Below, piece by piece: positions 51,226 to 61,184 of a DNA stretch of 64,000 nt; positions within the stretch are counted from its first letter, which is position 1; each line of letters starts with the position of its first letter. The translations under genes were made by a program, and so were the position numbers. The stretch lies in assembly GCA_002269645.1 (NCBI GenBank), contig NIVC01000794.1, positions 104,008-168,007 of the forward strand, in the 5' to 3' direction. The notes below the pieces were generated by a model. It had not been told where the DNA came from and did not search any database. It saw nothing but the letters and a program-made list of their open reading frames with translations. The stretch comes from Macrostomum lignano (lineage: Eukaryota).

Positions 51226-52306
51226 ACCTTTACCCTCCTCTAAACAATATTCACTAAATATTAGACACATCTCCCATTCTATCTTTTCTCTTCCATTTTT
51301 TGTGTCCGCCTCCATCAAGGTTTCCAATTCACTGAACAATTTATTCAGCCACCCAGGCCTCCGGGAGTTTGCCTACAGGTCACAGAAAGACAATATAATT
51401 TTGCCTGTTGCCCCCTAACAACAACTGCCATCCGATTGAGCAGGACAAAGCCAACTCAGGGGACTGTGAGCTCGTTTCGATAAAACTTCATTTTTATGCA
51501 CCCGAAGAAGGCAATGGGAACGATTAGACCAGCAGGGAGGGGTGGGGCAATTAAAAAATCAAGGATGGGCTACAGGCTTGAAATATGGGATACTGCGAGA
51601 CCCCTCCCCCGCTCAGAGTTATAAATGAAATTTGTGGCTGCAGAGCAGCATACCGGAGGGTGCTGCCATAGACTGCTGGGCTGTATAACAGATTAATTGG
51701 CAACTGCTTAACGACTTTGGCCTCAGCTGCCTCAGGACTCGGACTGCACGAGAATAATGTGACGGGAAGAATGAGGCTGAGTTCTCTAAGCCCCCCCCCC
51801 CGGGAAGGTCTTAAAACATTTTATCACCTTCTCCTGTTTCTCCAAGGAGCTGATCGGCGCCACACCGCCAGGATAAGCGAGGTGGCAATATTACAGTGGT
51901 AACCGAACTTCTTCTTGAGAAGAAGAAAACTCCCCTTCCAATGCTCCCCTGTTGAAACCCTTCAATCAGCGAAGTATCCCGAAGGTGCGAAGAGGTGTTT
52001 TTGTCCCCTCGAAGTCTGTCTGTCTGTCCCATAATTTTCTCACGCATTAACTCAGTTTTACACCGTGCAGCAGAAACTCCATTCTGCCTCTTCTAAAAGC
52101 AAATTGCTTTCACGATATTCTACAACAATTTTATCCCATGGTTACTCAAAATATTTGGAATCGAAATTGCTGCTTGCGAATGAAAGTTAATTATAGGCAA
52201 CAGAAAGCAGGGCCTGTGTTTGTAGACAGCGGAGAAAGTTTGTGTGAAAGTTATATGGCAACACAGCAAAACCGTTATGAGCACGAGTACGGTAACTAAG
52301 GAAGCC

Positions 52307-52620
52307 AATGCTGAGCTACTGAGGCAGCTAATGCTGAGCTACTGAGGCAGCTAATGCTGAGCTACTGAGGCAGCTAATGCTGAGCTAATGCTGAGCTACT
52401 GAGGCAGCTAATGCTGAGCTACTGAGGCAGCTAATGCTGAGCTAGTGAGGCAGCTAATGCTGAGCTACTGAGGCAGCTAATGCTGAGCTACTGAGGCAGC
52501 TAATGCTGAGCTAATGATAAGCTTCTGAGGCAGCTAATGCTGAGCTAATGCTGAGCTACGGAGGCAGCTAATGCTGAGCTAATGCTGAGCTAATGAGGCA
52601 GCTGATGCTGAGCTACTGAT
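52307..52620. repeat. 23-bp minisatellite GCTGAGCTACTGAGGCAGCTAAT
   Basis: Direct reading. Confidence 0.9.
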
Positions 52621-53264
52621 ACTAAGCCAAAGCTAATGCTGAGCAGTTTTGGCTGACTAGCTGGCTAAACCTGATCAGGCAAGTCACTCAATCCGATTTT
52701 CAAGCTCCCCGTGTCCCTTAAACTTCCAGGTCGCCTCAGAAGCATCTCCAGCTAAAGCACCTGATATTGGACAACACCAGAGACCCGTCCCCAGTCTCAG
52801 CAGTGGACAGCGGATGCCGGGCAGGCTGCACAGCAGGCAATGAACCCCTGAGCCTAATAACACTGCCACGGGGTTTCATTTTTCCTTCGCTTTTAATAAC
52901 GCTTCAGTGTGCTGTGATCTCCCAGCTCTTCTGCTTGGGATCTCTGAGACTCTCGACAGTTTTGAGCACGACCTTGCTCACTCTTTGATCCTTGGCACGT
53001 TGGCAAAAATTCAAAGCCAAGAAGAAGGACTCCAGCAATGATTAGTTTAATAGAAACGCAAAGAAAACTTTGTTTTGGCATTCTTCCGAAATTTCTTGTC
53101 TCTGCTTTTGCTGACGCAATGCGAGCTAAGCTGAAAAAGAGACGGGGCGATGCCGTTGAAACTTGTGCAAACACAAAGTGTTACGAAGCCCTGTTATTTA
53201 TTGGTATGGCATGAATGGCCTTTGGCTGTGCATTTTAAAGACATTTCTGCAAAGAATCCTATAA

Positions 53265-53580
53265 AGGATGGGATTCTTTGATTTGCAGAATGGGATTCTT
53301 TGATTTGCAGAATGGGATTCTTTGATTTGCAGAATGGGAGTCCTTGATTTGCAGAATGAGAGTCTTTGATTTGCAGAATGGGAGTCTTTGATTTGCAGAA
53401 TGAGAGTCTTTCATTTGCAGAATGAGAGTCTTTGATTTGCAGAATGGGAGTCTTTGATTTGCAGAATGAGAGTCTTTGATTTGCAGAATGGGAGTCTTTG
53501 ATTTGCAGAATGAGAGTCTTTCATTTGCAGAATGGGAGTCCTTGATTTGCAGAATGGGAGTCTTTGATTTGCAGAATGGG
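53265..53580. repeat. 22-bp minisatellite GTCTTTGATTTGCAGAATG(A/G)GA
   Basis: Direct reading. Confidence 0.9.
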
Positions 53581-54121
53581 AGAGTAGAAGGCATGAGGGG
53601 GCTTCTGGGACAAAATTTTTCACCTCCTCCATAATCCACCTAAATCCATCCATATTATCCCTGACAGAATCAGAAAAAAAAGGGGGGTCGCACCTGCTAA
53701 CAAAACGTCTTCCATAATCCACCTAAATCCTTCCATATTATCCCTGACAAAAAAAGAAAAAAAGGGGGGTCGCACCCGCTCACAAAACGTCCTCCATAAT
53801 CCCATTAAATCTATCTATATTATCCCCGACAGAATCTTGAAAAAGGGGAGGGGTTGCACTTGATCCGAAAACTTTAATCCCATTAAATCCATCCATATTA
53901 TGACTGACAGAATATGGGAATATGGGTCCACTGACACCTGTTATGCTCACTGACACTGACATAATCCACTGACATCCACCCATAGCATCTTCGAAACAAT
54001 CAGAAAATAATCTGCATTCTTCTCCCCACATTCAATCCGCAACGTGAAACCAGATCCCTAAGACTTTAAATCATCAGCGCAGGGTCCTTACCCTTTGAAA
54101 AAAATTAAATTTTCAATAAAA

Positions 54122-54361
54122 ATGTTTCCAGTTGTCTCTCCAGGTTCTTATTACAAAACGCACGAGCCTAATTACAAGAGTAAGTACCGATGCAAACTTG
54201 AATGCAGCGAGTACATGAGAAAATATTGGCCCGATGTTGATATCAATGTCCCTAATATTAATCAAGCTCTCCAAAGACACTGGTTTCATAAGTATGGAGT
54301 AACCTATGTAAAAGATTACGACAGCTACTATAACTTTGCAGAAATCATTAGGCAATTGTGA
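54122..54361 (+). CDS. Small hypothetical Polinton protein
   Basis: 79-aa Tyr/Trp-rich ORF converging on the penton gene; no recognisable motif. Confidence 0.4.
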   Translation: MFPVVSPGSYYKTHEPNYKSKYRCKLECSEYMRKYWPDVDINVPNINQALQRHWFHKYGVTYVKDYDSYYNFAEIIRQL

Positions 54362-54365
54362 TTTC

Positions 54366-55229
54366 TCACATTCTCTCAATGATTAACGTCAATACAAACT
54401 CTTCCCCATTAAAATCAACGCCCATCCCATCTTCAGTCTCAAACTGAAGCACAATCTCGTGAATCTCCTTATTACTCAATACAACTCTTTTCACTGGATT
54501 TGGTTTCTCTACCACCATCTGTCCTCCAGCTACAGAGTTGGAGATGTTGTACAAAATATTAGTTCGCTTTCCCTTAAATACCCAATCAAGACTGAGATTA
54601 GTTCTGATTAGAATATTCAAACCCTTTACAATGTCTGCTATATTGGGTGCTAAGAACAAACCGCGTACACTTTCCCGGGCCATGCTAACGGCCCCCGATG
54701 CTTGAGTGACAGTCCGCGCTGTGGATTCTGCCTTATAAACTTTCTTCACGAATCCCAATTCCCTATACCAAGTGTCATCTTTAAACTCAACCTCCGCATC
54801 TTTGTGAACTTGCATGACCACTCTCATTACAGTGAGATCATAGGTTAGTTTAACAGGGAACAGTTTCTTCTCTGGCTTACTCATATCAGGTGTCTCAAAA
54901 TGGCCTCTTTTAGTAAAGACGTTTTCTAGAAAGTAATTGTAGGTATCCACACTTTGCGTGCTCACAGGGAATACCACAGGTTCTGCTGCTGCACCTTTCC
55001 ATTTGTAATAAAACTTATTATTTGCTGCCGTCACATTGGGAACGTTTGACCAACCAGTGAAGTCGTTAAGATAGACATGGTAATTAGCACCTGGATCCAG
55101 GCTAATCGCCTGCTCTAATTTTTGAACAAATATCCCGTTTGAGTCATTAATCCGCCCAGTTATTGTAATAGGAATGCTCTCCTTGGAGTGCGAAATAATA
55201 TTGTTTAGTCTTTCGGCTATAGCTTCCAT
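54366..55229 (-). CDS. Minor capsid protein (penton)
   Basis: Intact ORF; C-terminal ILIRTNL...NILYNI..SVAGGQMVVEKP...IHEIVLQFETEDGMGVDFNGEEFVLTLII follows the Polinton penton pattern; adjacent to the MCP. Confidence 0.75.
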   Translation of the reverse strand: MEAIAERLNNIISHSKESIPITITGRINDSNGIFVQKLEQAISLDPGANYHVYLNDFTGWSNVPNVTAANNKFYYKWKGAAAEPVVFPVSTQSVDTYNYFLENVFTKRGHFETPDMSKPEKKLFPVKLTYDLTVMRVVMQVHKDAEVEFKDDTWYRELGFVKKVYKAESTARTVTQASGAVSMARESVRGLFLAPNIADIVKGLNILIRTNLSLDWVFKGKRTNILYNISNSVAGGQMVVEKPNPVKRVVLSNKEIHEIVLQFETEDGMGVDFNGEEFVLTLIIERM

Positions 55230-55254
55230 TTTTTTCACCCACAAAAAAAAATAT

Positions 55255-56540
55255 TTAAACTTTACTGGATGAATTGTTGATCATGTTAAGCTTCACCTTC
55301 CTCTCAAATGCATAGATAATGTACAGGTCCACGGGTGTTGCGACAGTCCTCTCAATGTTAGTCACGATATTCACAGGGCTGTTATCAGTAGGCATTTGTC
55401 TGGCAGACACATCAGCGCCAAACATTGGATATAGAGTTCCATATTGAAGAGCAGTGATAGCAATTCCATTGTTCTCTTTCACAGCCAAGTCGACCAACTC
55501 GCTGTAAAATTTGCTAATCTTGTTCTGACTGAAATCTCCATTTTGTGGCAGTGCAGGGTAAAGATTATCACTGATTTCATGCTGAATGGACCGCACGTCT
55601 CCATGCATGTAGCGTATAATGCTATTTGGGTTTCTCATGTTAATAATAATATACCGTGGATTGCTGCATGATCCCTCTTTAATGCAGATGTTTGTTCTAG
55701 TTTCGTTTCGCTCATCTCGACACATGTAGGCCGTGTATGCAACATCAATGTCCTTCTCTATTGCCTTAAGATAATCCGCTTTTAGTGCAGTCTTTGGCTC
55801 AATGACTTCCAAATACAGCTCGATTCCGGTTAGCTTCACCTCCATCCTTGTGTGATCCGCCCCAGTCCACAACACTCTACTGCGATCATCTCTAGTCATC
55901 CTAAAGGTGTAGCTAAAGTTACTAGTCAGTCGATTAAATGTATTACAGAATCCACTCATGAATCTCAGTGGTACAAATACATCAACAGACCGATACAGCG
56001 GGTTTTAGCAGCATCATCTGCACCTTGCAATGCATAGTTGTATCTCTTCTTCCTCTTTTTATAGCCACTGTCATTGGTGTCTCCTTCTTTTTCATCTGCG
56101 ATAAAACCCGCACCACTTCCCAACTGAATAAAATCAGGATTCTCGATCAAACAATGAGCGTCATAGACAATTCCAAAGTTGGCGATTCGCTCCAACTCAG
56201 TGCTCCCATTCGATACACTAAACTCCTTGAACATGTACGCCCAAAAGTTACTGATCAGAGCCACATCCGCATCATGCTTGTCAACGTTAGCACGAGCCGC
56301 ATCCGCACCACCCTTTGTCTTGAATTGAAATGTCATATGGAAGCCGCTCTTAAGACTGTGCACACTAACCAAAGACGAACATCCATTGTATGTAAATGTC
56401 AGTGTTTGGCCAGGACCAAGATTAGTTTCATTCTGATTTTCCTGACTGGGAACTCTTACCTGAGTCGCTTTGATTGTGCTATCATCACTCAAAATAGGCT
56501 TGTTAATTTTGTAGAAAACTGGTGTCAGTGGGTCGTTCAT
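55255..56540 (-). pseudogene. Major capsid protein (double jelly-roll type), one frameshift
   Basis: NFWAYMFKEFSVSNGSTELERIANFG, then after a shift near 56000 VFVPLRFMSGFC, NPRYIII, YPALPQNGDF, YPMFGADVS. Confidence 0.8.
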
Positions 56541-56570
56541 TTTTTAACTAAAAATAAAATAAAATAAGAA

Positions 56571-57785
56571 ATGAAGCGAAAAAGTACACAGCAGATATCT
56601 GAATTGGAGAAGCTAGCACAAGCAGAGAAACGAGTTACCGGGCTAATAAATAAGGAGCAACAATCCTACAATGAGTTTGTCCAAGCAGCCACAGAGTTTC
56701 ATAAGCCCGGGTATGGAGAAGCTAAGAAAAATATTGATCAGGTCAAAGAAACTATCGACGACATACAGGAAACCCAAGTGCAAAAGGTTTTGGGCAAAAT
56801 TCCAGAAGCACCACAGATACAGCCGCAACCACAACAACCACAACCACAACAGCAACTAAAAGTGACAGATAACATTTTTGGACCAGTAGAGCGTGTCGAA
56901 CATGATGGGAAATATGTATTTGGAATAAGTATGTGGAGAAAAAACATTTATAATGAACCAGTGGAATATTATATCGACATAAATAAGGAAAATATTTCTG
57001 TTGTCAAAGGTTTAGAAGCTATGAAAATTCCTTTCACAGACACCTTACTGACTTTTATGACCAAGAACCAAGAGAAAATCTCGGAGAAGCAGCTAAAGAA
57101 CTACAGAGATCTAGTGACTTTTGCTCTTGCTAGAGATATAGAAATACTAAAGGCCCCAGAAGTCCTGAGACTTATGTATGATAACGGTGTCAACCTGACT
57201 AAATTCAAAAAGTACAAGCACTTTAAACAATGGTTTGGTTTGCCAGATCAGGGGGAAGTCATTGATCAGATGAAATATCTAGAACAACAGCAACAACAAC
57301 AACAGCAACAACAACAACCACAACCACAGCAGCAACATTTCACAGAAGAACAAGTACTCAGTCAACTCGAGCAGTTAGACCCTTTGAAAGTAGCTGAATA
57401 TAAGAAACAAAACCCAACAGACTGGCAACGCTTAGAACAACACTCTCCAGATCGAATGAATAGAATCAATCAAAGAGTTTTCACACCTCAACAAAGACAG
57501 GCACCACATGACAGTTCCATCTCTGAAAGTGAGCAGTCTTTTGCATCACCTCCCCAGCAGCTACAAGCCCAACCAACTCCACAACCCCAAGACCAACCGC
57601 CCTCAACTGGAAAAGGAATTTCTGAAATCTACAAGCGAGTAGCGGTTCTTCTAGGAGCGGCAAAGACCGGAATGAAAGATGAAAATAGAAAAGAATTTGT
57701 CAACATCCTCAATAAAATGCTTGAGAGAAAATACATCGATAAGAGGGCGAGAGAGCTTCTGCTTTCGCGGTTCAACAAAAAATAA
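56571..57785 (+). CDS. Conserved Polinton-type protein, Gln-rich
   Basis: 404-aa intact ORF; C-terminal EIYKRVAVLLGAAKTG...EFVNILNKML resembles the RLxLLxAxxxAGN..E..IL motif of Polinton accessory proteins. Confidence 0.6.
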   Translation: MKRKSTQQISELEKLAQAEKRVTGLINKEQQSYNEFVQAATEFHKPGYGEAKKNIDQVKETIDDIQETQVQKVLGKIPEAPQIQPQPQQPQPQQQLKVTDNIFGPVERVEHDGKYVFGISMWRKNIYNEPVEYYIDINKENISVVKGLEAMKIPFTDTLLTFMTKNQEKISEKQLKNYRDLVTFALARDIEILKAPEVLRLMYDNGVNLTKFKKYKHFKQWFGLPDQGEVIDQMKYLEQQQQQQQQQQQPQPQQQHFTEEQVLSQLEQLDPLKVAEYKKQNPTDWQRLEQHSPDRMNRINQRVFTPQQRQAPHDSSISESEQSFASPPQQLQAQPTPQPQDQPPSTGKGISEIYKRVAVLLGAAKTGMKDENRKEFVNILNKMLERKYIDKRARELLLSRFNKK

Positions 57786-57802
57786 ATATCTATTTAAAAA
57801 AG

Positions 57803-58191
57803 ATGCCAATTATTTTCGAAAAAGACATTGACAAATACTATGACAAAGAGGAACTTAATCTTATTAAACGCGGATCTGGACTTTTCCCTGCAGGCCACTA
57901 TCCAAGAAAAGAGCGCTCGGGAATGGCCTTGCCGATTTGATCGCTCAGGGGGCTAAGATTTTTAAGGTCATTGGAGAGAACAAAGAGAACATCAAGAACG
58001 TTGCCGAAGCGGCTGGCAGTGTAGCCACAGCAGCCAAAAAGATAAAGGATACTGTAACACCTAAACAAGAGATTCAACCTCCACTGGCCCCGCTGGCCCC
58101 GCTGGCCCCAAACCCAGACAGTGTGGACCCTGCAGTCTATGAGAAGATGAGAGCAAGCATTAAAAAAGGAAGTGGTTTCAAATTTGACTAA
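57803..58191 (+). pseudogene. Small basic GSG-motif protein (putative virion core protein), frameshifted
   Basis: KRGSGLF near the N-terminus, GLADLIAQG helix after a 1-nt shift, and KKGSGF at the C-terminus. Confidence 0.5.
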
Positions 58192-58254
58192 AGGTACTTT
58201 CCGAGGGTACAAGACATGTAAGAGTATAAGACTAGTCCCAAAATGACACATCTA

Positions 58255-58380
58255 AGTCCCAAAATGACACATCTAAGTCCCAAAATGACACATCTAAGTC
58301 CCAAAATGACACATCTAAGTCCCAAAATGACACATCTAAGTCCCAAAACGACACATTCAAGTCCCGAAATGACACATCTT
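58255..58380. repeat. 21-bp intergenic tandem repeat AGTCCCAAAATGACACATCTA, about 6 copies
   Basis: Direct reading; immediately upstream of the ATPase gene. Confidence 0.9.
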
Positions 58381-58424
58381 CTAAATGATTTATTATTTAA
58401 CTTTTTTTTCAATCATAGAAAAAA

Positions 58425-59224
58425 ATGGACTTCTCAAACGACTTCAATCCTCACTGGACGCGTAATCAGATTAAGTTTTCTCATCACGAGTCAATCCCGA
58501 GTCACTTCAGATGCATTGTTGTTGGTTCATCAGGTTCAGGTAAAACATTCAGAGTCTTTAACATGCTTCTTAGACCTGGCTTTATCGACTATGACACTCT
58601 GCACATCTACTCTCCCACACTGTATCAAGATGAGTATAAAATGCTGATTTCTGGATTGCAAAACAAACTGAACAAAGAGGACATTATTCAATGTTTTAAT
58701 AACCAAATGTGCCTTCCCAGTAACCCAGAAATTGTAGCTGCCGAATATGCAAAACACCTCAAAGACAATGAAAAATGGCAGAACATTAAAGTGTTCACCT
58801 ATGGAGATCCACAGGCTGATCCAAAGACCAAACTTCTACCCCAACCAGATGAGCTAGAAAAGGGAGAAAGCATTTGATCGTCTTTGATGATTGTATGACA
58901 GGCCCACAGAAGCAGATAGAAAACTATTTTACAAGAGGGCGACATAACAATTGTAATGTAATTTACATTGCACAGAACTGGTTCGAGCTCCCGAACAAAA
59001 CAATTCGTGGGAACTGCAATCTGATTCTCCTGTTTCCAACCATTCCACAGGACAGGTTAAAAAGATTTTACAATGAGGTCATTGCGCCTGCCTATTTCAT
59101 AAATCCAACAAAAAACTCAAGCAGAAAGATTTCACAAGAGGAATTCGTTAATCTTTGCTATGACAAGTGGAATCAGCCTTACCAGTTTGTGATTATCAGC
59201 AAAGAAAAAAGAACTGTAATTTAA
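58425..59224 (+). pseudogene. FtsK/A32-like packaging ATPase, one frameshift
   Basis: Walker A GSSGSGKT, Walker B LIVFDD and RGRHNNCNVIYIAQ; shift near 58865. Confidence 0.9.
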
Positions 59225-59240
59225 AATTTGCTATTAAAAG

Positions 59241-59983
59241 ATGTCAATAAACTTTGCAGGTGAATCCATTTCTGGCAACAGCGCTCTTACATCAGCTCAA
59301 ATATCCATCCTTGACAGGCGATATATCAACAGCGACGAAGAGATCCCAGAGATCAAACTGAATAAAAACAGACTGAAACAATTAGAGCGCTCCATGCACC
59401 AGTTGCAAATAAACATGGAAGATCTCAGGCTTAAAGTAGCCAGGCAGAAGTTTGAAAGTGATAAGCTTTATGTGCCGTTGTTAAACGAAACTAATGAACT
59501 TAGGTCAGAAATAACTTCGATAGTCTCGCAAATCAACGGTTTAAGAACAAATTTAGCATCGACAATTAATCTTCTGAGAAACTCCATTGATAGGCGGATG
59601 CGCATTCTTGAAGAAGGAGTTTTCACAAACACAGCTAAAGTGAATAATTTAGAAGAGTTCATGAACCAGTCAACACGTTGCATGATAGAATTAAAGAAAA
59701 CGTCGCAACCAACACAGGTAAAGTGAGGAATTTAGAAGAGTTCATGACTCAGTCAACAGCGTTGCATGATCAAATCAAAGTAAGAATTACTGCAAATAAA
59801 GTCTTTGTAGATTTAGTTTTTACCGAATGGCAGAAATCGGTGAGAAGAATCGGTCGTCTTGAACGCTTGCATAATCTCAAAAACATTGACGCTGAAGAGG
59901 CACCACAGACCACAAGGGAAACAAGTGATCCAACCGACTTGTTTGAGATCATGCGTAGAATGGAGCTCACAGATAATGAATAG
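59241..59983 (+). CDS. Coiled-coil Polinton protein, probably one gene split by a frameshift
   Basis: Heptad-rich overlapping ORFs 59241-59726 and 59678-59983 sharing an internal repeat (NTAKVNNLEEFMNQST / NTGKVRNLEEFMTQST). Confidence 0.5.
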
Positions 59984-60092
59984 GCAGATTCAGAGACCTG
60001 TTGCCGTCACTGCAGACGAAGCAATCAACCGTAAAACAAATCTAACCACCACCAACTAGTTGCCGATTTTTTTTAAAAAAATTCCCAAAAAA

Positions 60093-60760
60093 ATGGATGC
60101 TCAAAATTCTCTTTATGATCCGAACGCTCCCACAACACCTAGTGCACCTAGTGCACCCCAATATGAGCAACAAAAACTCTACCCGTCATTACTTGTAACT
60201 CTCAACAGTTTCGACTAGTGGAGATTCAAAAAATGCGCGATGATCTTGAAAAAAATATTTTCCACAACACAAAGAAAATTAAGCGCTATGACAACCACTG
60301 TAAATTTTTTGACTACAGCAATATGATTCTAGGATCTGTGTCTGTTCTATCTGGATCTGCTGCAGCTGTCTCAACGTTGCCAGTCATCACAGCCCCAATC
60401 GCAATCCCGCTCGGCTCTGTGGGTGCTGCATGTGGACTTATTTCAGCAATTACTGGAGCAGTAGCGCGAAACAGGCGAAAAAAACTAAAGCAGCTACAGG
60501 AGAAGCAAGTAAAAGAGAAAGGGGTGCACACTTCAATCATAGGGTACATTTCAAGGGCAATCGATGATAAGTTCATTTCAGAGGATGAGTTCAAAACCAT
60601 TCAGGATCTTTATGAACAATCAATTCGAATGAACTTGAACATGGTCGGTACTGATGACATGAGTCAGCTGAGAAATGAACTCGAGAAAGTTCTTCAACAT
60701 TATGTGGAAAGAAGGACAACGAGAAGGACAACGAGAAATCACCACAATGAACCCCTATGA
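60093..60760 (+). pseudogene. Putative membrane protein of Polinton type, frameshifted
   Basis: N-terminal PSAPSAP and LYPSL; after a shift near 60200, QQFRLVEIQK, a long hydrophobic hairpin (ILGSVSVLSGSAAAVSTLPVITAPIAIPLGSVGAACGLISAITGAV) and ISRAIDDKFISEDEF. Confidence 0.65.
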
Positions 60761-61153
60761 AACACAGCCAAGAATAATTTCCTTGTAGGTCTTTCGTGTT
60801 TTGGTCATTGCATACAAAACAGTCATGCACAGCTCACCGCAAATATCACTGCTAAGACCTTGGAGATAAAGTCTGAGCGATAAATTTTTTTATTATTTTT
60901 CCCTTCATATAATTTCTTAGCTCTTCTGGTACTGCCGTCCCATAGCTATCGAAGTAATAACACTTGTGCTTGCGATGGGATCAATCACCCAGCAAACCCA
61001 ATGAGATCCTGGCTTATCGGTGGTGTCAAAGTTCATGATGCCGCATTCTTTTCTTAGAGGAAAATCAGGCAGAGTGTCCCTCATAAATATTCCTCTAAAG
61101 TTTGGGATTTCCAGTTCGTTAGCCAAATCTTCAAGAAAGTTATTTGTCGTCAT
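60755..61153 (-). pseudogene. Adenain-like cysteine protease, one frameshift
   Basis: FRGIFMRD, GSHWVCW (His), YYFDSYG (Asp), LQGLSSDICGELC (Gln/Cys); shift near 60970. Confidence 0.85.
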
Positions 61154-61184
61154 TTTTTGAGTTTTATTAAACTTTCTCTCAAAC

